DNA of 64,000 nucleotides from Bacteroidota bacterium (GTDB lineage Bacteria; Bacteroidota; Bacteroidia; 2-12-FULL-35-15): NCBI GenBank assembly GCA_025963715.1, contig JAOQAG010000008.1, positions 23,907 to 87,906 of the forward strand, read 5' to 3'. Shown piece by piece: positions 57,470 to 64,000 of this stretch (position 1 is its first letter; each line of letters starts with the position of its first letter). The notes under the pieces were generated by a model. It saw only the letters and a program-made list of their open reading frames with translations, ran no database searches and was not told where the DNA came from. The position numbers and the translations under genes were made by a program.

Positions 57470-57589
57470 CTGGAGCGAACGACGAATGAGGCCTGCTGCA
57501 GAAAACTTAATAATATGCTTCGATTTTTTGCAGGCAGACACTCCACTTGACTAAAAATTAAGTATTTTAGTAAATAAAAATTCTGGAAA

Positions 57590-58549
57590 ATGCGTATACG
57601 ATTTATAATTTTGTCTTTGACAATTGGGATTATTTTTACATCCCATGCACAAAATCTGGTGCCAAATCCTTCTTTTGAGATTTCTACACAATGTCCTTAT
57701 AATCCCTCCCAGGTTTCTTTTGCCCTACCGTGGACAGATCCCAACAATGGCAGTTCTGATTATTTTAATGCTTGTGGTACTGGTGGACTAGGAGTACCAA
57801 TGAATTTTATAGGTAATCAACTTGCAAGAACAGGCAATGCTTATATGGGATTGTCTGTTTATTATAATGATATTGAGAATTGGAGGGAATATATTCAGGT
57901 AAAACTAAATTCCACGTTAGAATATCATAAAAATTATGCTGTCGAATTCTATGTAAGTTTAGCAGACACTGTATATACTGCTGCAAATGTTTCTTTGTAT
58001 TTCTCAGATACTGCGATTTCAGAAACAGCTACCAATATTTTAAATGTAAGTCCTCAAATAGTTAACGACATGATAACTAATCCTTTAACAGATAAGGCAG
58101 GATGGACAAAAATTTACGGAATGTATACTGCAAACGGAAGTGAGAACTATATTACTATTGGAAATTTTTCAGACGATGCTAATACAGATACTATTATGGT
58201 AGGTACTACTGAGTCTATTGGTGCTTATTATTATTTAGACGATGTTAGTGTGGTTTGCATGGATTGCGATGCAACAGGTATTGATGAAGCAAGCAACCCT
58301 TACAATTTAAATATCTATCCTAATCCTGCTCAAAATACAGTTCACATGACTTACACATTACCGAAATATGAAAATGTTGGTATAAAGCTCTATGATTATT
58401 TGGGTAAATCAGTAGCAATCCAATCTCTTTCTATAAGTGAAGGTGAAATATCTTTTAATACAACAAATTTACCAAACGGAGTATATTTTTGTTCTCTTAC
58501 TTTGGATAACGCTATTATTTCATCACAAAGAGTTATTATTTCAAAATAA
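57590..58549 (+). CDS. T9SS type-A cargo protein
   Basis: QNLVPNPSFE, REYIQVKL, YITIGNF, YYYLDDVSV; CTD IYPNPAQ..GVYF; visibly AT-rich. Confidence 0.88.
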   Translation: MRIRFIILSLTIGIIFTSHAQNLVPNPSFEISTQCPYNPSQVSFALPWTDPNNGSSDYFNACGTGGLGVPMNFIGNQLARTGNAYMGLSVYYNDIENWREYIQVKLNSTLEYHKNYAVEFYVSLADTVYTAANVSLYFSDTAISETATNILNVSPQIVNDMITNPLTDKAGWTKIYGMYTANGSENYITIGNFSDDANTDTIMVGTTESIGAYYYLDDVSVVCMDCDATGIDEASNPYNLNIYPNPAQNTVHMTYTLPKYENVGIKLYDYLGKSVAIQSLSISEGEISFNTTNLPNGVYFCSLTLDNAIISSQRVIISK

Positions 58550-58611
58550 CTCTGTTCATTAAATTACAACTCTTTAATGACACGATAAATAAGAGGCACT
58601 AATTAACACTT

Positions 58612-58729
58612 CAGCAAAACATAATTTTTTAATTTCAATAATAACTTAATATCTTCAATTAAAAAGGTTCGAACTTTCGCTGGGTGACTCCATAAAAAAA
58701 GCCCAGGAATTGGGCTTTTTTTATGGAGT
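58612..58729 (+). repeat. ~80-bp direct repeat ending in tRNA-3'-like sequence, plus long hairpin (copy 2; likely bidirectional terminator)
   Basis: Homologous to 57338-57416; perfect hairpin actccataaaaaaagccca-ggaat-tgggctttttttatggagt. Confidence 0.8.
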
Positions 58730-58738
58730 AAATTAAAC

Positions 58739-59704
58739 CTATTGAACAACTATTTTTTCAGTTGTTGTTTTTTCGCCATCATTAAATTTCACAAAATAAA
58801 TTCCTTTTGGGGATTGTGAAATGTTAATGTTAAAAGTGGATTTATTTTTATTCGTTTCCGAATAAATCAGCTCCCCTACTACGTTATAAACTTCAACAGT
58901 TTGTGTTTTATTACCATTCGTTTGATGTGCGACGGAAAAATTTCCATTTGACGGGTTTGGGAAAATTTCAATCCCATTTTCTTCACCCAATCCTTCTTCA
59001 ATACCTGTTGGCAATGTAACAGTAACATCATCGATCCATAGTATACTGTGGGCTTTCGGACTCATATCCAATGATGCAGCGCTATACAATACATACAAAG
59101 TATCCGGTGTCAATGAGCTGATATAGGTAAAATTTATTGTTGCCTGCTGCCATCCGGAGGTCGCTACATTTGTTTTGAAAACACCGCCAGCAACAAGTGT
59201 TCCATTGCTTAGCAAAGCAACACGACACTCAGCAGTATCATTTCCATTTGGATTGTATTGATACCAGAATTTGTATTGGTCCAATTTTATTGCGCAAGGA
59301 ATACCCGGTGCGTAAGAAGCAGGGGAAACATTTACATTTCCGTTAAACAAGATCCCCAGCGTGTCATTATAAGGATGTCCAATGAATGGAGTACCATAGC
59401 CATTATAATAATTCCATGAAGTTGGCGTATACACTTTTGATTCGATCCGGGCAGCATACGTTCCGGAATGGACCGTATCCGTAACACGTGTAACTGAGAT
59501 TGGGCTGCTTCCTAAAAAAGGGCTGTTGTACACATTAAAATCCCACCAGCCGGTTGAGCCATTTCCGGTATTCGGGTTCATTGCACTTGGAACAACTGCA
59601 TCAGCCGACCAGGTTTCAAATCCCGGGTTAATTATTTGTGCCTGTGCAAAATGTGTTGAAAGGAAGAGTGAACAGGATACTAAAAGGAGTAATTTTTTTT
59701 TCAT
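58739..59704 (-). CDS. T9SS type-A cargo protein with a carbohydrate-binding-like beta-sandwich
   Basis: QIINPGFETW, LWIDDVTV; CTD IFPNPSNG..GIYFVKF..EKIVVQ. Confidence 0.88.
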   Translation of the reverse strand: MKKKLLLLVSCSLFLSTHFAQAQIINPGFETWSADAVVPSAMNPNTGNGSTGWWDFNVYNSPFLGSSPISVTRVTDTVHSGTYAARIESKVYTPTSWNYYNGYGTPFIGHPYNDTLGILFNGNVNVSPASYAPGIPCAIKLDQYKFWYQYNPNGNDTAECRVALLSNGTLVAGGVFKTNVATSGWQQATINFTYISSLTPDTLYVLYSAASLDMSPKAHSILWIDDVTVTLPTGIEEGLGEENGIEIFPNPSNGNFSVAHQTNGNKTQTVEVYNVVGELIYSETNKNKSTFNINISQSPKGIYFVKFNDGEKTTTEKIVVQ

Positions 59705-59797
59705 TTTTTTTATCTTTAAGTTTATTTTTATAAAGATAACAAACTTTCACCGGGCAGCAGCGCCTATGATTATTTTGATCAATATCATGTAATAAAT

Positions 59798-59837
59798 AAA
59801 ACCTGTAAACGCTCCGTTAAGAAGCGTTTACAGGTTT
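59798..59837 (-). terminator. Rho-independent terminator for the 59858..60517 gene
   Basis: aaacctgtaaacgct..agcgtttacaggttt hairpin. Confidence 0.7.
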
Positions 59838-59857
59838 GAATTTTGAATGTAAATAAT

Positions 59858-60517
59858 TTATTCAATATCCATTACCAAAGCAACTGCAAAGGCATACACC
59901 AGCGCCTGAGTGGTAGGCTGAACAGAAACATCAAATACTCCGTATGAAACAACCCAATAAAGCGTTTGGCTATTTGTTAAGGAATATACACCGTGCGAAA
60001 AACTTGGCCCTCCTGCTTTTTCTACGATCTCATTTGCAATGGTTGTTGCCATGTTATTGATCACCTGCGTGGTGCTGGGGATTTGCCAGGTATCAAAATT
60101 CTGCTGTATTTGGGTAGTCAGCTGAGGCAACCCCTGCAACGCATCGTTACAATAATTTTGAACTAATCCACTGTCACTATTAATAGTTAAATCATCGTCA
60201 TCACCTTCCAGGTCTTTAAAAATTTTTGTGAAATTAGATGTGGCTGATTTTGCCATTGCCGCCCTTGCGTCAGTGATGGTCTTGCCAATATTTTCCTGAT
60301 CATAATTAACCATTCTTCCGCTACTTTTAAGTGCGTGATAATGTGCCTGCGGATAACCTGCAACATGTAAACCGGCAGGCGGTGACATTTGGTTAGAAAT
60401 AGTGGTTACCATTCCTTCAAGCTGAGCTGCTGTTTTCGCTACATCAGTAACAGCACTGGAGATTTGACTAACTACGTCGTCAACTGTGCCACCAATGGCA
60501 CTTACAATTTTTCCCAT
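59858..60517 (-). CDS. Hypothetical protein (219 aa)
   Basis: Clean ORF with its own terminator; no signal peptide or recognised motif. Confidence 0.7.
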   Translation of the reverse strand: MGKIVSAIGGTVDDVVSQISSAVTDVAKTAAQLEGMVTTISNQMSPPAGLHVAGYPQAHYHALKSSGRMVNYDQENIGKTITDARAAMAKSATSNFTKIFKDLEGDDDDLTINSDSGLVQNYCNDALQGLPQLTTQIQQNFDTWQIPSTTQVINNMATTIANEIVEKAGGPSFSHGVYSLTNSQTLYWVVSYGVFDVSVQPTTQALVYAFAVALVMDIE

Positions 60518-60812
60518 GATATTTAATTTTTATTTTTTGTCCTTACTCTTTTTAAGGCTTTTCGGGTTACGCCTTTATCATTATTTTGAAGCTTCGGTAA
60601 TGATGCAACAAATGAACAGCGAATTAATTATCCCAAACAGCGCAAAAACACCCTATTATAAATTCAGGTGTTTATACCTGCCTCTCCGCTAAATGGCCGT
60701 AGAATGGGAAATCTGGCCTTTCATCCAATTAAAATAAAGAGAAGAATGATATTACACAGACAAATTATTACATTTGAATTACTGTATTTACATACATCTT
60801 AAATCCAACCAC

Positions 60813-61229
60813 ATGAAACATAAAACAACTTCAGTTAAATTAATCATCATCGCAACTTTTTTAATTTTAATTGTAAACGCCTGCAAAACAAACGAACCAA
60901 CGATTGTTGGAGTATGGAAACCAAGCTCACTTATTTTACCGGAAGGGTTAAAAAAGGATGTAAACAGTGTACAATTTATAAACATGACGTTTGAAAAAAG
61001 CAAGGAAATTTGCTACAAATTTAATGCAGATGGAACGTTTGAATTTGTTTCAGACAAAGACATCCCCGGAATAAAGGGTTCGAAAGGCACTTATAAAATT
61101 GAAGGAAAAACGATGGCTATTGATTATAATAATTCGAAACAGGAAAGCACGATCATTAAATTAACGGATACGGAGATTCAAGTACAATCAAAGGATAGCA
61201 TTATTGTGGTGTACGAAAGAAATAAGTAA
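60813..61229 (+). CDS. Lipocalin-like lipoprotein
   Basis: VNAC lipobox; IVGVWK, FNADGTF, KGTYKI. Confidence 0.72.
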   Translation: MKHKTTSVKLIIIATFLILIVNACKTNEPTIVGVWKPSSLILPEGLKKDVNSVQFINMTFEKSKEICYKFNADGTFEFVSDKDIPGIKGSKGTYKIEGKTMAIDYNNSKQESTIIKLTDTEIQVQSKDSIIVVYERNK

Positions 61230-61341
61230 ACTGTATAATTTAATAAACCCTTGACACGCACCTTCATCCTATCTGCAATTTTTATCCTGTCCGTAGAATT
61301 TCAGGAAAAAAATGCATTTGCTTTTTCAAAAAATTAAGTAC

Positions 61342-62055
61342 ATGAAACAAAACACACAACTCTTCTTTGTATTTACAGTGTTTACATTGATCATCGGATG
61401 CAGCAGCTCCGATACGCAAACGGCTGCAGCAGAGTACCAATTAACCGGCAGTGAAAAGAAAATATGTGATTCGATGCAGATCGACAGCACCATCATCCGG
61501 GACATCAGGGCATTTAATACCAATGCAATTGAGCCTTTTCATTATTCGCTTTCAAAAAGTATAGATAGTAACGGCAGGGAAACGGAAATTGACCCCATCC
61601 GTTTAAACGGCTTTGTTTTTAATGAAGAAAATGCGACTTCCTACAATCTCATTTTTTCTTTAAAAGATAATCTCAGAAGAAAAGGATACAGCATTTTTCT
61701 TGTAGAGAATAATTTTAATATCAGGAATGAGCCTGATCACATTGGTGTTTTAAAAACCACTGATAAATACACGGTTTTAAAACAAGTTGCAACAGATGGA
61801 ATTAATTATGGAATTACCAACGATAGCCTGATCAAAATCATTCACGAATTTGACAATAAATATTCGCTGGATTTAATTGGCGCTTCCGGCGACTGGTGTG
61901 AGTTTATTGTACAAAAAGAACCTGCCGACTGGAATGCTTTTGCAAATGAAGTTTATAAGGCTTGTCCGGATGTTGTGGATCAGGGAACCGGCACAGTTGA
62001 AGAGCTGGCAAAAGAGTTGAAAAATACAAAACGATTGTATTTCTGGTGGGATTAA
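61342..62055 (+). CDS. DUF4253-domain lipoprotein
   Basis: IIGC lipobox; TDGINY; CPDVVDQG..LYFWWD C-terminus. Confidence 0.88.
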   Translation: MKQNTQLFFVFTVFTLIIGCSSSDTQTAAAEYQLTGSEKKICDSMQIDSTIIRDIRAFNTNAIEPFHYSLSKSIDSNGRETEIDPIRLNGFVFNEENATSYNLIFSLKDNLRRKGYSIFLVENNFNIRNEPDHIGVLKTTDKYTVLKQVATDGINYGITNDSLIKIIHEFDNKYSLDLIGASGDWCEFIVQKEPADWNAFANEVYKACPDVVDQGTGTVEELAKELKNTKRLYFWWD

Positions 62056-62076
62056 TAAAAGATTAAATGAGTATCC

Positions 62077-62099
62077 GGCGAAAAAGCCCTCGCAATGAC
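62077..62099. repeat. Half copy of the GTCATTGCGAG element
   Basis: ggcgaaaaagccctcgcaatgac. Confidence 0.7.
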
Positions 62100-62406
62100 G
62101 CGTTGATTAAAATTTTTCCCAATAAAATCGCTATAGCTTGGTATAAACTTTCCGATTTCATTAAAGATTAAAACAAAAAGCTACATTTTTCTAATACAGA
62201 ACTGAAGATAACCGGGCTGTAAAATTACCTGAATCGGAATATATCAATTACATCCACGAATATGATTATTGGTCCCCGGCATATTGGCCTTATTAGCAAT
62301 TTTATCTTCTTTCCACCTGATTCTTTTCATTCTGATCTGCAGCCAAACTATTTCCATTTTTTCGATATCTTTATATTGAAAAAATAAATAGCCCAATAAA
62401 AATCGC

Positions 62407-62931
62407 GTGAACAAGCAACAAATCATCGAATCGCTTCAGAGCAAATACCATTCGTTTATTGATTACATCAACAGCCTCAGCACCGGTGAATATGTATACA
62501 GCTATCAGCAAAAATGGACAGCCGGGCAGCAGCTGGAACACATTGTTTTGTGTGTAAAACCCATTGTACAGGTTTTTAGCATGGATGCAGCTGCGATCGA
62601 AAAAAATTTCGGTTCAACCGATAGGATAAGCAGTACCTATGAAGCATTGCTGCAGGAGTATACCGAAAAATTAAAGGAAGGTGGAAAAGCTCCCAGCCGT
62701 TATGTGCCGGAAAGCAGCTTGCCTGATCGGGAAGTTTTGACTGAAACACTGGCAAAATTAATAGCAGAATTAAACTCAAAGATTGAAAATTTCACAGAAC
62801 AGGAACTCAACCGTTTGTGCATCCCACACCCTCTGCTGGGGAATTTAACCTTACGGGAAATGCTGTACAATGTGATCTATCACGTACAGCACCACCAGGA
62901 AATAACCTTCCAAAATTTAAAAAACAAGTAA
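62407..62931 (+). CDS. DinB-family protein
   Basis: KWTAGQQLEHI; HPLLGNLTLREML..YHVQHH. Confidence 0.88.
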   Translation: MNKQQIIESLQSKYHSFIDYINSLSTGEYVYSYQQKWTAGQQLEHIVLCVKPIVQVFSMDAAAIEKNFGSTDRISSTYEALLQEYTEKLKEGGKAPSRYVPESSLPDREVLTETLAKLIAELNSKIENFTEQELNRLCIPHPLLGNLTLREMLYNVIYHVQHHQEITFQNLKNK

Positions 62932-62987
62932 TTATTCGGCAATTGATCTAAAAACTTGCTATTTTTAGCATACTCCAATCTGGCCTG

Positions 62988-64000
62988 ATGTTAAACAATT
63001 TCTGGAAAAAAATTATAAACCGCGGTGTTACACCCGACCTTGAGTTCAATGTACGAAACAAGATCCGGATCTTTAATTCGTCCACCTTTGTGATCGGCTC
63101 CACTTATATATTTTATGCACTGATCGGATTTATACGCGGGCACTTTCTTGCCGGTGTGCTTACATTTATGGCCTGGGCTATCAGCGCATTTTGCCTCTAC
63201 CTGATGAGTCAGCGTAAATATGTGCTGGCCTATCACATTACTGCGATCCTGGGAACGGTATTTTTGTTTACGTTCTCACTTTTCTATGGAGAAACAAATC
63301 TCACCCATATTTTTTTCTTTTTTGTTCCCGTTGGCGCACTTGTATTGCTGGACGATTTCAAAGCCTGCTTTATTTATTTTATATCAACCGTTATTTGTCT
63401 GCTCACGGTAAAAATACTTTTCCAGTATTATCCGCCCTATTACCCGGTAGAAGCAATCAACAAATACCTGGCGTACCTGAATATTGTAATGACCTGTACA
63501 TTGCTTTACCTGGCCGTACGGATGTTCAAATACGAAAACCTGATCTATTCCAAAGAGATCAGTCAGCAGCGGGATGTGATCGAAGAAAAAAACAAGGACA
63601 TTGTAAGCAGCATTCATTATGCAAAACGCATTCAAAAAGCATTGCTGGCTTCCGATAACCTGCTGCAAAAAAATCTGCCCGAGCATTTTGTTTTGTACAA
63701 GCCAAAAGACATTGTGAGCGGCGATTTTTACTGGGGCGAAATCGTAAATGACACCTTCGTGTTTTGTACTGCAGATTGTACCGGGCATGGCGTTCCGGGC
63801 GCTTTCATGAGTTTGCTCGGGATCAGTTTCCTGAATGAGGCGGTGAAGGAAAAAAAGATCACACGGCCCGATCTTATTTTTAACCAGCTCCGCGAAGACA
63901 TTATAAAAGTGCTGAACCCGGAAGGCACACAGGACGAAGGAAAAGATGGAATGGACGCAGTTTTGTGCCGTTTTGATTTCCGGAATATGACAATGGATTT
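62988..64000 (+). CDS. Membrane-bound SpoIIE/PP2C-family protein phosphatase (runs off the window)
   Basis: Not in the ORF track. Manual translation from ATG 62988 (MLNNFWKKIINRG..) gives several TM helices, then SIHYAKRIQKALL..PKDIVSGDFYW..ADCTGHGVPGAFMS..DGMD. Confidence 0.92.
   Translation, partial: MLNNFWKKIINRGVTPDLEFNVRNKIRIFNSSTFVIGSTYIFYALIGFIRGHFLAGVLTFMAWAISAFCLYLMSQRKYVLAYHITAILGTVFLFTFSLFYGETNLTHIFFFFVPVGALVLLDDFKACFIYFISTVICLLTVKILFQYYPPYYPVEAINKYLAYLNIVMTCTLLYLAVRMFKYENLIYSKEISQQRDVIEEKNKDIVSSIHYAKRIQKALLASDNLLQKNLPEHFVLYKPKDIVSGDFYWGEIVNDTFVFCTADCTGHGVPGAFMSLLGISFLNEAVKEKKITRPDLIFNQLREDIIKVLNPEGTQDEGKDGMDAVLCRFDFRNMTMD

Noticed and set aside
56400..62931. Prophage or integrative element at tRNA-Arg
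   Set aside because: No integrase, phage or conjugation genes; only repeat scars and accessory genes are visible.

Overview
A 64-kb segment of a Bacteroidota chromosome, identified by T9SS C-terminal domains, gld genes, a PorP/SprF barrel and TAnnTTTG promoters. It carries the gldD-gldE-ssb-mutY-HU-TPR-small basic protein-RNase E/G block, five type-A T9SS cargo genes and a 2846-aa SprB-like adhesin with its PorP/SprF partner. It also carries Fe-S maturation genes (Mrp/ApbC, NifU-like), hemW, a sensor kinase, an AsmA-family gene, a pseudouridine synthase, yraN, metG, a DPP-IV-like peptidase, nth and one tRNA-Arg(CCT). No integrase, transposase or CRISPR array was recognised. Intergenic regions are dense mosaics of short palindromic (REP/MITE-like) and heptamer repeats that nest inside one another, and they have entered coding sequence (gldD signal region, metG). 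The most striking locus is at 55.7-58.7 kb. There, a small GIY-YIG nuclease gene lies between two degenerate tRNA-Arg copies, each interrupted by precise 31-bp hairpin insertions without target duplication. The intact tRNA follows, then AT-rich genes separated by direct repeats that end in tRNA-3'-like sequence. A candidate ECF-sigma promoter motif (TGGAATC-N13-CGTCTTACC) is present twice, divergently, at the left end. All product calls come from motif recognition by eye, not from database searches.
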